This document shows, piece after piece, positions 29,163 to 38,954 of a stretch of DNA of 64,000 nucleotides. The DNA is from an uncultured Poribacteria bacterium (GTDB lineage: Bacteria; Poribacteria; WGA-4E; WGA-3G). Under the pieces are notes generated by a model, which did no database searches, was not told the DNA's origin, and saw nothing but the letters and a program-made list of their open reading frames with translations. The position numbers were made by a program, and so were the translations under genes. The stretch's first letter is position 1. Each line of letters starts with the position of its first letter. Where the stretch lies: the NCBI GenBank assembly GCA_951813565.1, contig OX638351.1, positions 3,456,001 to 3,520,000 of the forward strand. Direction: 5' to 3'.

Positions 29163-30155
29163 CTATGAAATTATTATCTCTTTTCCTTCTCTATTCGACT
29201 CTTTGGCTGCGAGCACAATCTTTTGAGCAGCAATTCCATCGTCAAGGTTAACACACGGTTCTGTCCCATTTTCAATACAACTGAGGAGGTGTTTTACCTC
29301 CTCAATAAAAAGTGTATTTCGCTCAAAGTCTGAATCCATTTCTACTGTTTCCGATGTTGCCGTATCGGTCCGATAATACTGGACCGCGCCATGAGCATTA
29401 TCCCAAAGAATATGTCCGCGCTGCCCTGTAATTTGTAATACATGTGAAGGTAGTCGCTGAACATAATCAAGATGAACAGTTCCGAGGGCACCATTAGCAA
29501 ATCGTAGCATCACATTTGCCGTGTCTTCAACCTCAATATCTAATCCACCCGCTTGTGCCGTCATCGCTGATACTGTGTCAACCTCTCCAATAAGCCATCG
29601 TAAGTAATCAAAAGGGTGACACAGCGTAAGCAAAACACCACCACCAAGGTCGCTGCGTGCTGCATATCCAATACGGTAGTCTTCCCAAGGATGCCACGCA
29701 GGAAGATATTCTCCCCAATGTACGTGAACAGATGTAACAGGACCGATCACATCACTGTCAAGTAACTCTTTAATGTGCTGCAAACCAGGGTGAAACCGAA
29801 ATTGAAACCCTACAAGCACTTTCACATCTTGCTGCTTCACAATGTCTGCTAAGGTTGATACCCTATCCATTGTATGAGAAATAGGTTTTTCTAATAAAAG
29901 ATGGCAGCCTGCTTCGGCAGCAGGGATTGCAATATCAAGATGTAATGAAGTCGGATTTGAAACAACAACAATATCGGGAGAATGATTTTTTAGTGCCTCC
30001 ATTATATTTTGTTCTGTTGGCAAATCGCCCAATTCATCGTCCGGAAGAGTCGCGCGACGTGAGCGTAACAGCACAAATTCACGAGCATTCAACGTTTGAA
30101 AATTCCGCAAGTGTCGCCTACCAATGGAGCCTAAGCCTGCAATCAGAATTTTCAT
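29163..30155 (-). CDS. Gfo/Idh/MocA oxidoreductase
   Basis: GLGSIG, EKP, GGGVLL motifs. Confidence 0.92.
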   Translation of the reverse strand: MKILIAGLGSIGRRHLRNFQTLNAREFVLLRSRRATLPDDELGDLPTEQNIMEALKNHSPDIVVVSNPTSLHLDIAIPAAEAGCHLLLEKPISHTMDRVSTLADIVKQQDVKVLVGFQFRFHPGLQHIKELLDSDVIGPVTSVHVHWGEYLPAWHPWEDYRIGYAARSDLGGGVLLTLCHPFDYLRWLIGEVDTVSAMTAQAGGLDIEVEDTANVMLRFANGALGTVHLDYVQRLPSHVLQITGQRGHILWDNAHGAVQYYRTDTATSETVEMDSDFERNTLFIEEVKHLLSCIENGTEPCVNLDDGIAAQKIVLAAKESNREGKEIIIS

Positions 30156-30497
30156 TGTAATACAATCATCTCCTATTATCCGACAAAATCCAATTTATTT
30201 TTTATAAGACAAAAAATGCTTAATAAGTATACAATATAAATTGACATATTTGCAAGCGTATTTCACGACCAAGTCAGTGGTATTTAGCTTCAAGTTTTTA
30301 GCGGTTTCAGCAAGAAAATCGCGAACAAAAATTCACTTCTGCTGAAAATTGTGAATATCAGTCATCTAATTGCCATCAAATTAAAACGTATATTCTTTAT
30401 GTCTGTTTACAGCATAAAACTTTTGACACGGTTATCTGTGTTTAATATAAATTCACATTAGCACAATATCCTGCCGTTTAAGTCCGTTAAATTAAAT

Positions 30498-30758
30498 GAG
30501 GGGTGTGCATAAATATTTGGCGCATCAACACAGACAGGGACAGACGCCAGGTGCCGCTTTATTTATAGAAATGCGTTTGTAGTCGCGCAATTCATTGCCA
30601 AATCAACGCAGCATGCGCCAAATCAACGGTCCGAATGCCTTATGGCATTCCCCGTGTGGCATGCTGCGCCTCTTTGAACTTGTGGACGGAAACCCACGGC
30701 GTGTGCCTATTACCTTTAAGCGCATATTTAACATCGGAATTATTTATGCACACCACTC
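30498..30758. mobile_element. MITE family B (IS256-like ends), 261 bp, 8-bp TSD AATTAAAT
   Basis: TIR gaggggtgtgcataaata / tatttatgcacaccactc. aattaaat at 30490-30497 and 30759-30766. Family assignment is inferred from the ends and TSD length. Confidence 0.85.
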
Positions 30759-30883
30759 AATTAAATGGAGTACAATTTCAATCTAATTATAGTTGAAAAA
30801 TGTTGCATAAATATAACTTTAATTTGAAAAAAACGGATAAAACGCGATAACGTGTGTTGGGAGTGCGCTATTCAAATTCCCAC

Positions 30884-31615
30884 TTATTTTGGGTAAATAT
30901 ATTTGGGGAGGTCTCGGAGTGCGATGACGGTATAGCGATTTTCAGCAAGATACACCATATAGGATTCAAAAACTTTTGGATCTGTGTGAACCCACGGATG
31001 TTCCAGATCAGGTGCACCGTGAAACGTTAGAACAGCTATATTTTCATCTGTTGCTTGTTCAAGTGCCCACGTAAAATCGTCAAAGTTCCAATTCGGTCCA
31101 GATGCACCTGTGGTTGGAATAAGGAGAGGATGGTGAACTGTCGGGTTATACGCGGGACCTCTACCGCCTTCTGAGTCGTAAGGAAACTCCGGTGCAACAC
31201 CCCGTCGCGCAAAATGGAAACCGTGTTCTGCTACGGTTTTAACTGCCGCCTCGTTATGACTGTAACCCGGATAGCAGAAGGTTGTTGGACGTGAGATGCC
31301 GTATGTCTCACAACGCGCATCAATATGCTGCAAATCGCTCTTCAACTCTTGATCGGATTGTTGCGTAACATTTCGGTGATGACGCGTATGGTTGCCGATT
31401 TCAAAACCTGTTTCATGCAAACTACGCACCTCTTCCCATGTCATATAGGCTTCTTTATTCTTCAGAAAACCGAGTCCTTCAGTAATATAAAATGTTGCCC
31501 CGAAGCCGTATTGTGTGAGAATCGGCGCCACAAAAGTCGCCTGTGATTTACATCCATCATCAAATGTAAGAACAACAAGTTTTTCAGGAATAGATTTGGA
31601 TATAGTCTTTTTCAT
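30884..31615 (-). CDS. Polysaccharide deacetylase (NodB/CE4 family)
   Basis: LTFDDG, EIGNHTRHH, FCYPG, LTFH motifs. Confidence 0.9.
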   Translation of the reverse strand: MKKTISKSIPEKLVVLTFDDGCKSQATFVAPILTQYGFGATFYITEGLGFLKNKEAYMTWEEVRSLHETGFEIGNHTRHHRNVTQQSDQELKSDLQHIDARCETYGISRPTTFCYPGYSHNEAAVKTVAEHGFHFARRGVAPEFPYDSEGGRGPAYNPTVHHPLLIPTTGASGPNWNFDDFTWALEQATDENIAVLTFHGAPDLEHPWVHTDPKVFESYMVYLAENRYTVIALRDLPKYIYPK

Positions 31616-31666
31616 GTTTGTAATATTATTTATTTTTTAACTTGAGGATGTTGATGTTATGTCAAA

Positions 31667-31843
31667 TAGGAAACCTAACCCACTGAATATCATAGGTCTA
31701 TTCGGCGTTGATTCACAGTGTATCAATAATTATTGTTTTCACCATAGATCGAAAATATCGCGCTTACAAAGCGCTCCCACAAGAGAACCAATTAAACCCA
31801 ACAAAGCGATATCTTTTCTTGTGGGAGGGGTTTGTAACCCCGA
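31667..31843. repeat. Partial MITE A end plus inverted REP pair
   Basis: 31667-31746 is repeated at 31931-32045, where it carries one extra unit. gcgctcccacaaga / tcttgtgggagggg are inverted. Confidence 0.65.
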
Positions 31844-31847
31844 TTTA

Positions 31848-32043
31848 TAGTAAAACCTAAAAATATTGGAACATTTCCCGGTAGATGCGGTTTCCCAATC
31901 GCATCGGAGACTCAATAAGCACGGTTCGGTTAGGAAACCTAACCCGCTGAATATCATAGGTGTATTCAGCATTGATTTGGACGAATGCCAAAAAGCGCAT
32001 TCGGCGTTGATTCACAGTGTATCAATAATTATTGTTTTCACCA
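31848..32043. mobile_element. MITE family A copy with two tandem hairpin units
   Basis: TA|tagtaaaacctaaaaata...attgttttcacca|TA. Left half is nearly identical to 59830-59882. Confidence 0.65.
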
Positions 32044-32078
32044 TAAATTATATTTTTTGATAAAATTCAAAAAAGTTG

Positions 32079-32108
32079 TTGCATAAAAAATGCAAAAAGT
32101 TTTATAAT
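32079..32108 (+). promoter_or_regulatory. Putative sigma-70 promoter (TTGCAT-N18-TATAAT)
   Basis: Near-consensus boxes in an AT-rich tract upstream of the orphan operon. Confidence 0.45.
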
Positions 32109-32119
32109 ACCTCGTAGAC

Positions 32120-32260
32120 GTTAAAAAAATCCGCCTCGCGTGGATTACGTCGGAGGTGCTTATTAGATGCACCGACAGTGTACCAACCACTGCCGATGCA
32201 AAGCACTGCCAGAATAAGCCTGACAGCGCTGGTGTCTATTTTAACAGAGACCTTCTGAAG
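32120..32260 (+). ncRNA. Putative structured 5' leader or sRNA
   Basis: Consecutive stems aatccgc/gtggatt, gtc-ggtgc/gcaccgac and cagtg/cactg directly after the promoter. GC-richer than the flanks. Confidence 0.35.
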
Positions 32261-32461
32261 TGTCAATGTAGTTTAGAGACCAGCGACCTCTACAGGGATA
32301 GATAAAACCTTATAGATACCTAATCAACGGTATGAATCATGGCGAATCATGTAGAATACCAAAAGCGTATTCTACCAAGCGCATTCGTCTTTAGGCATTC
32401 CCCGCCTATTTCTGTAGTCTGTCAAAACAATTAACCTACTCAAATAATGAGGAGGAACAAG

Positions 32462-32713
32462 ATGAGACGAGACTACATTCTCACAACGCTTATTATTCCT
32501 ATATTGATTTTAGCCTTCGGTCTGCTGCTGTTCGGCACGCTTGATGCGACACAAATAGATGCGTCCGATTGTGTACGTGAACGAAGCATCCGATCGGAAT
32601 GTTTACAGCGAGGACAAAAACCGATTTGTCCAAACCCAAATCCAACGTCCCCTTGCACGCTGGACACAACGAATAGCAGGGATAACAACAAACTTGGACA
32701 GGAGGATCGTTAG
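32462..32713 (+). CDS. Small membrane-anchored or secreted protein with 4 Cys
   Basis: GAGGAGG RBS before ATG 32462, hydrophobic N-terminus, abuts the next gene. Confidence 0.55.
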   Translation: MRRDYILTTLIIPILILAFGLLLFGTLDATQIDASDCVRERSIRSECLQRGQKPICPNPNPTSPCTLDTTNSRDNNKLGQEDR

Positions 32714-33490
32714 ATGAATAGACAAATGTATTGGGGCATCGCAGCCCTCATTATAATCCTGATTGCTGCAGGTGGTTTTATGTATTGGCAGTGGTCACAG
32801 GTGCAGCAGCTCAAAGAACAGCTTGCACAAGACAAGAAAATGCTTGAAGACAAGAATAAGCCGGTCGCAGAAAATGAACTCCCGTCTGCCGAACCGGGCA
32901 AAAAGTGGGTGCCACATGATGACCATTTTCATCAGGTGCCACTCTCCGCACCTAATGTGTGGCAAGATGCGCCTATAACGCAACCCACGCAAGCGCCAAA
33001 AACGTATGACGGGCCGCTAACATTTCACAAGGAACTACTTGAAACAAACCCGGTAGAAGCTCTGCGGCAGCAAACGATAGAACGCGGACATTGGAGTGCA
33101 GAATGGATACCGCCATTCCCACCAGATGATCAAGAAGCCGCAAGGGTAGCCCGTAATGAGTATCTCATCACATACTATCAAAGTATCGGAGATACAGATA
33201 ACCCCGTGTATAGAGAGGCGTATCAGGACCTTCAGTTTTATTCCTCTATCTACGCCAAAAGATACCGGAGCGTATTGGAGCCATATCTCGATGAATCGGG
33301 TTTGCTTGATAAGTCACTTGACATCGCCACCAAACAGAAATTATTCCAACGATCCTATGAAGTACGCACGCGACGTGGCGATATATTTCAGCTACAGTGG
33401 GGAAACTTGTCACCCGATGATGTAGGCGATCTCTCAACGTATGGGAGTCCTTTAGATCCCGCTGCACCTCCAATAAGGGATGATAGATAA
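32714..33490 (+). CDS. Membrane-anchored protein with coiled coil and His-triad motif
   Basis: GGAGG RBS, N-terminal TM, QVQQLKEQLAQDKK coiled coil, WVPHDDHFH (HxxHxH). Confidence 0.8.
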   Translation: MNRQMYWGIAALIIILIAAGGFMYWQWSQVQQLKEQLAQDKKMLEDKNKPVAENELPSAEPGKKWVPHDDHFHQVPLSAPNVWQDAPITQPTQAPKTYDGPLTFHKELLETNPVEALRQQTIERGHWSAEWIPPFPPDDQEAARVARNEYLITYYQSIGDTDNPVYREAYQDLQFYSSIYAKRYRSVLEPYLDESGLLDKSLDIATKQKLFQRSYEVRTRRGDIFQLQWGNLSPDDVGDLSTYGSPLDPAAPPIRDDR

Positions 33491-33503
33491 AGGAGAACCT
33501 CTT

Positions 33504-35063
33504 ATGCGAAGAAAAATTTCACAACAGATGATCACAGTCTTAATGCTGTTGCTTATGGTATATAGTAGCATGTATCTCTCTCAAGCAGATGATCCATATC
33601 CAAACGATGCAAACAGGAGCATAAATGGGGCTGGTAAACGCTTGAATGGCAAATATCAAACAGCCGATAATCTACGAGATAATCTGATTATTGCACGTGG
33701 TATAATGGACATTCTGGTGGGTAAATGGGAGGCCAATAAAGCTGCAATAAGCAACGGTGCAACCATGACAGTTGCGAGTGCATTTGGAATTGCTGTTGGC
33801 GCCTACATATCTGCTGGTACTTTAGCAGCGGCTGCGGTGGCATCCCTCGTGGTGAATGCAGAAAAATTAGGTTTAGCCATTTACGACAATTCGGATCTCG
33901 TAACATCTATGGAGGCTGCTATCAATAAAGTTAGTGAACTAACGAGTCAGGCAAATATAGCGGTTAATGCTTACCACAAAGAGTATGACAGATATATCCA
34001 AATTATGGCTGCACATCTCGGTTATGATGCAGCATGGCTTGAGGCTGATGTCAAAGCGAGTTTGACAGATGATGATGTGTATGAGCATCCCACTGATCCC
34101 CATAGTAGTGGTAGTAGAAGGTCGCACTTTGTCTATACACGGCAGGATATTACCATTCCAAGTTTACCTGATAATTATGAATGTGAAGGTCCCTGTACGA
34201 ATACATTCAACTCACCCTATAAGGCATTTGACAGTCACCGCGAGAAATGCGGCACTGCAAAAAGTGTAGATAGAGAGTTCGAGAGTAGCAGCAACGTATA
34301 TTATGTCCCTGGAACTTATGGTAATCCAGAACGCCGTTATAGATCAAGCAAATCAGAGATTCTTAGAAACCGCAACCTCTTAGAGGGTTGTGGTCGCCAC
34401 TACTATGACTGCCCCGATTTTCCCGATACCGAACATCAAGTGTTTTCCTGCAACAGAACTAAGACCAACCAATACGGAACCAGTGTCCGCTGTGGCACGC
34501 AATTCAGACCGTGCATGGGGCATAAAGAAGATCATGATTTATCTGATTTGATTACGTTGGAAGGTAAGCATTCTATTACACCTGATAGCAGTTCTGGCGA
34601 AGAAGGTAGCACGGAACATCAAACCATTGCGCCGGATCCAGCACCTACACCAACGCCGTCCTACCACACGTGCGGTGTTCATGAGACGTGGCAATCGGGG
34701 GATCATTCTGCTGCGGGTTGTGACACTTCTGGTCACTATGTATGTGATGGTTCAGATCATTCTTACACTTACTGCTATGTAACCGATGCAAACGGAAATA
34801 CTTGTACCGTTGGTAACTACTATGCGTGTGATGGACATACGCACCAGTATCCCGAACCTCAGTCGCAGTATATGACGTGTGCGTATGGGCATACCTATGA
34901 TACCACTGTGCAATCGCAGGTGGATTTTCACCGAACTAAGACATGCAAATGGTGTGGTGGGACGTGGAAAGATTGCGGGGACGTCACACCTTATTGTCCA
35001 ACATGGACGACCGCCCACCACAAATGTAGTGAACCTTCACATACGTGTGATCTTTGTGACTAA
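33504..35063 (+). CDS. Secreted protein with helical N-domain and Cys/His-rich C-domain
   Basis: AAGGAG RBS before ATG 33504, signal peptide, internal hydrophobic stretch, 22 Cys all after ~aa 230. Confidence 0.8.
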   Translation: MRRKISQQMITVLMLLLMVYSSMYLSQADDPYPNDANRSINGAGKRLNGKYQTADNLRDNLIIARGIMDILVGKWEANKAAISNGATMTVASAFGIAVGAYISAGTLAAAAVASLVVNAEKLGLAIYDNSDLVTSMEAAINKVSELTSQANIAVNAYHKEYDRYIQIMAAHLGYDAAWLEADVKASLTDDDVYEHPTDPHSSGSRRSHFVYTRQDITIPSLPDNYECEGPCTNTFNSPYKAFDSHREKCGTAKSVDREFESSSNVYYVPGTYGNPERRYRSSKSEILRNRNLLEGCGRHYYDCPDFPDTEHQVFSCNRTKTNQYGTSVRCGTQFRPCMGHKEDHDLSDLITLEGKHSITPDSSSGEEGSTEHQTIAPDPAPTPTPSYHTCGVHETWQSGDHSAAGCDTSGHYVCDGSDHSYTYCYVTDANGNTCTVGNYYACDGHTHQYPEPQSQYMTCAYGHTYDTTVQSQVDFHRTKTCKWCGGTWKDCGDVTPYCPTWTTAHHKCSEPSHTCDLCD

Positions 35064-35081
35064 ATACCGACAACTTCTACC

Positions 35082-35120
35082 GGCAGGTATCCTTTATTTT
35101 GGACATCTGCCTTTTCTTTT
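35082..35120 (+). terminator. Rho-independent terminator
   Basis: ggcaggtatcc-loop-ggacatctgcc followed by ttttctttt. Confidence 0.75.
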
Positions 35121-35243
35121 ATCAAATCCCACTACATTGGCATAAATCATAGGAACTGCTGAAGAATTGAATGGCTCCGGTCAAAACAAATTTTCTTGAC
35201 AAAATTGTGGTACACTTGTAAGATGAAATTGGAGGTAAAAACT

Positions 35244-36239
35244 ATGATTGATCGACGTGCATTTCTAAAGTCATTGGCAGGATTAACCACAGGTATTCTC
35301 CTATCTTCAGCAAATGCAGAAGGTCAGGACGCTACGAAACCTTCAAGTGATCGTTTAGGCACGCTACTACCGATGCGAAAGTTCGGCAGAACAGGTGAAG
35401 CCGTCACAATACTCGGAGTCGGTGGTTGGCACATAGGGGAGATGAAAGAAGCAGAAGCACAAAAAACTATTGAGACAGCACTTGAAGGCGGTGTTCGTTT
35501 CTTCGACTCTGCGGAATCTTATCAAGCGGGTGGAAGTGAACGACGCTTAGGTAAACTGCTCATTCCAAAATATCGTGATGACGTCTTTCTCATGACCAAG
35601 ACAACAGCACGAGACGCTGCAACCGCAAAAAAACACCTTGAAGATTCGCTCAAACGTCTCAATACTGAGCAGCTTGATCTCTGGCAAGTTCACGCTGTTC
35701 GAAATCCTGAAGATGTAGATGCAAGGATTAATAACGGCATTTTTGATGTGATGGCAGAAGCAAAAGAATCCGGAAAAACACGTTTTGTCGGGTTTACAGG
35801 ACACACGAGTCCATCTGCACATCAACGCGTCTTAGAGAAATCCGATATTTTTGACGCTTGTCAATTACCTATAAATCTGACTGATGTTAGTTACGAAAGT
35901 TTTATTGAAGGTATTGTTCCAACACTCGTTGAGCGGAACATTGGCGTAATTGGAATGAAATCCTTAGCAAATGGTGGTTTCTTCGGCGGTTCTAAACATG
36001 GCAAACACGGCCCAAACCCAAGAGTCGTTCCGAATCGTGTGAGTATTTCAGAAGCTATCCGTTTCGTCTGGGCATTTCCTGTGAGTACGCTTGTCACAGG
36101 ACCCGATAATGCAGCGCAACTGCAAGAGAAAATTGACATCGCTAAGGCTTTCTCTGGCATGGGCGAAACAGAACGGAAAAAACTGGTAGAGAAAGTAGCA
36201 GACATGGCAGGTACAACAGTAGAATTTTACAAGGCATAA
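35244..36239 (+). CDS. Aldo/keto reductase with Tat signal
   Basis: GGAGG RBS, MIDRRAFLK, FFDSAESY, LMTK, SLKRLNTEQLDLWQVH. Confidence 0.9.
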   Translation: MIDRRAFLKSLAGLTTGILLSSANAEGQDATKPSSDRLGTLLPMRKFGRTGEAVTILGVGGWHIGEMKEAEAQKTIETALEGGVRFFDSAESYQAGGSERRLGKLLIPKYRDDVFLMTKTTARDAATAKKHLEDSLKRLNTEQLDLWQVHAVRNPEDVDARINNGIFDVMAEAKESGKTRFVGFTGHTSPSAHQRVLEKSDIFDACQLPINLTDVSYESFIEGIVPTLVERNIGVIGMKSLANGGFFGGSKHGKHGPNPRVVPNRVSISEAIRFVWAFPVSTLVTGPDNAAQLQEKIDIAKAFSGMGETERKKLVEKVADMAGTTVEFYKA

Positions 36240-36272
36240 CTAAACGTGAATTCGAAATAGGAATCTAAGCTG

Positions 36273-36306
36273 AGGTTGGGTTTCGCTTGCGCTCTACCCA
36301 ACCTAC
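36273..36306. repeat. REP-like palindrome, possibly also a terminator between convergent genes
   Basis: aggttggg...cccaacctac (GTAG on the minus strand). Uninterrupted equivalent of the REP split at 23698-23967. Confidence 0.7.
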
Positions 36307-36356
36307 AGGCAAAACGTGAGTTAGAATTGGATTAATATGTGTTGGCTCTTTGTGCG

Positions 36357-37712
36357 TCACTCACCGAAATGACTTGCAACAATCGTCAAATCTAATATAT
36401 TCACTTTGCCATCCCCGTTGACATCTGCTGCGGGAGGCGCATCTTCTTTCCCAAAGTATGATGCCACAAAAGTTAAATCCAATATATTTACCCTTCCATC
36501 TTTGTTAACATCCCACGGTCTTGTTGGAGGTGGCTCAAGAATTTCGGCATTTTCAATTATAACAGGAAAAGTAACCCCACCAAACCCTCCAATTATAACA
36601 TCAGATAAAGTTAATGTTGATGCTTTGGCATTGAGAACTTCAAAAGTTATTGTAACGAGAGTTCCGTCTGCTGTGCTTGCCGGAGTTCCAATAGCGATTT
36701 GGGCAAAAGTGATTTGATTTTCTTCAACTTCTGTAGCTATAGGCAACACTTGACCAGAAAGATAGGAGCCATGCGCTAAGGAAACAAATCGGAGTGCTGT
36801 TGGGTCAAACTGTACCTTTCCCTCATATCCGCTAACACCTTCACCATCAGCGATGTCAACAGTAATAACAAGTTGTTCACCGACCTGTGGGGATTCAACT
36901 GATGCTGGAACAATTCTAACAATGACAGGCGGTTTTATATTTAGTAACACTGCAAGTTCATCAATTGCTGCTGGATCCTGCAGCAAGGCTTGGACATCGG
37001 GATCATTAATCAGTACTTTAACCTCAGTGTCCTCTTTGAGAAGTGTAATAAATTCATCGCTTATTTGCGGCAACACTTCCTTTAGATGGTCAGGATTTTC
37101 AGCCACAAGTGTTAGAGTATTTGGTTGCAGAAGTGCTTGATTTTCTGGGTTCTTGAATACCGCAAGGACTCCAGGAAGAATCTGTATAATATCTTCTCGT
37201 TGAAAAAAAACTTGATATCTTTCAAAAATTCGTTCTACAAGAGGGAGTTCATACATCTCAATCAGTGCTGCGAGTTCATCAATTGCCTCTGGATTCTGAA
37301 GTAAAGCCTGGACATCGATATCCCTAAGAAATGTCTGTATTTCCTGATCTTCTTTTAATAACGTGATGAATTCATCGTCTATATCAGGGACAAATGTTTT
37401 CAATAAATCTGGCCTATCAACAACTAAATTAATAGTTGCTGGTGCTAATAATTTTTGATTTTCTGGTTTTTTGATTTCTTCAAGGATTGTTGGTAGTAGT
37501 TCTTGTATATCATCTCGTAATAGCAACGACTGATACTTCTCAAAAACCCTTTGAGCAAGCGAAGGTTCCGCATCAACTTGAGAGGTTTCCTGGCTAAGTG
37601 CGTTTGTGGTAAAAATAAAACATATACCTATAACACATAAAAAAGACAAATGTTTTAAGAAAATATTTTGATTCATTTTAGGAAAATTTTGGGTTTTATT
37701 ACATAAAAACAT
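36357..37712 (-). CDS. Secreted protein: two helical repeats + cohesin + dockerin
   Basis: Signal peptide, two ~105-aa repeats, cohesin-like VQFDPTALRFV...DGTLVTITFEV, dockerin DVNKDGRVNILDL and DVNGDGKVNILDL. Confidence 0.85.
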   Translation of the reverse strand: MFLCNKTQNFPKMNQNIFLKHLSFLCVIGICFIFTTNALSQETSQVDAEPSLAQRVFEKYQSLLLRDDIQELLPTILEEIKKPENQKLLAPATINLVVDRPDLLKTFVPDIDDEFITLLKEDQEIQTFLRDIDVQALLQNPEAIDELAALIEMYELPLVERIFERYQVFFQREDIIQILPGVLAVFKNPENQALLQPNTLTLVAENPDHLKEVLPQISDEFITLLKEDTEVKVLINDPDVQALLQDPAAIDELAVLLNIKPPVIVRIVPASVESPQVGEQLVITVDIADGEGVSGYEGKVQFDPTALRFVSLAHGSYLSGQVLPIATEVEENQITFAQIAIGTPASTADGTLVTITFEVLNAKASTLTLSDVIIGGFGGVTFPVIIENAEILEPPPTRPWDVNKDGRVNILDLTFVASYFGKEDAPPAADVNGDGKVNILDLTIVASHFGE

Positions 37713-37893
37713 CTATATCCCTCCTTTCAGCACCAAATTCACTTTTCTAATAGGAGATTTAGTTTCCAAGACCATTAATTGCATTGGCACTGGTAGATTT
37801 AGGGTTAATTTGAGAGCGATTAGCCCTCATGTTAAAACATAGTTCTACGTTAAAATACTGAAGTAACAAATTGATATTTCAGAATAAATTCTA

Positions 37894-38676
37894 TTATGCG
37901 AGTATGTCGCCTGCAGAAGGATTGACTTTGAAACCACCAGCCATGATGTTATTGTATGGTTCTTTGGGATCTCGACCAATAGGACGCATCTCCGGTGTGT
38001 GGTATCCAAATCGTACTGCTTTTCGCCACTGATCTGTCCGATTGACTTCAGACCAATGGATGAGGCAATAACTGAAGAAAATTACATCTCCAGCTTTTGC
38101 TGGAATCGGGATAGAATCAATAAAATCAGGATGAAATTTATCTGTCGGAAGATGTGGCGCAGTTCCCTCGCCAGTGATGTGTTCTCGTGGTCCCTCTTTA
38201 TGGCTACCGGGAACAACTCTTAACGCACCGCTTTCAAAGGGTGCATCGTCAAGATGGACGAGGCAATCAACGAAATCAAGACCATCGTGTGGATAAAACG
38301 GATAGTCCTGATGCATCGGGAATGGCGTACCTTTTTCTGGTGGCTTGGCATGCAGCACAGTGTGATGCCACTGAACAGTATCCCCGATGAGTGAACGGAC
38401 AGCACCTGTCAAACGCTCGTGGAAAATCACTCTACCCCATGTAGCAGAATAGAAGTGTGGATTGTGCATAAAAACTGCCTTCGTGGTCTGTTGGTCTTCC
38501 TCTTTGAGGTATTTGGTTCGCCAGGGTCCAGGCCAGCCAATAGTTTCTTGGCCCCAATTGTTTATAATCTGCACCATTTCAGATGCAAGTTCTTCGGTTT
38601 CCTCTGTTGTGAAAAGCTGCTCTACTTTGAGATAGCCGTTCTCACTGTAAAAATCTACCTGATCTTGGGTAAGCAT
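37894..38676 (-). CDS. Phytanoyl-CoA dioxygenase family (Fe/2OG) protein
   Basis: FYSENGYL, HQD, GALRVVPGSH, AGDVIFF...HWS motifs. Confidence 0.92.
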   Translation of the reverse strand: MLTQDQVDFYSENGYLKVEQLFTTEETEELASEMVQIINNWGQETIGWPGPWRTKYLKEEDQQTTKAVFMHNPHFYSATWGRVIFHERLTGAVRSLIGDTVQWHHTVLHAKPPEKGTPFPMHQDYPFYPHDGLDFVDCLVHLDDAPFESGALRVVPGSHKEGPREHITGEGTAPHLPTDKFHPDFIDSIPIPAKAGDVIFFSYCLIHWSEVNRTDQWRKAVRFGYHTPEMRPIGRDPKEPYNNIMAGGFKVNPSAGDILA

Positions 38677-38771
38677 GTTAAACTCCTTATTCTTAAATGC
38701 CTTCTACGTTATTGATTATAACGGAATTTTACGCAAAAACGACACATTTTGTCAACACTTTTATTTAGTTT

Positions 38772-38954
38772 GAGGGTGTGCATAAATATTTGGCGCATCA
38801 ACACAGACAGGGAAGACGCCAGGTGCCGCTTGGTTTATAGAAATGCGTTTGTAGTCGCGCAATTCTTTGCCAAATCAACGCAGCATGCGCGTATGGCATG
38901 CTGCGCCTCTTTGAACTTATGGACGGAAACCCACGGCGTGTGCCTACTACCTTT
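38772..38954. mobile_element. MITE family B, right end missing
   Basis: Near-identical to 30498-30716 but lacks the 35-bp nested unit and the right TIR. Confidence 0.85.
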
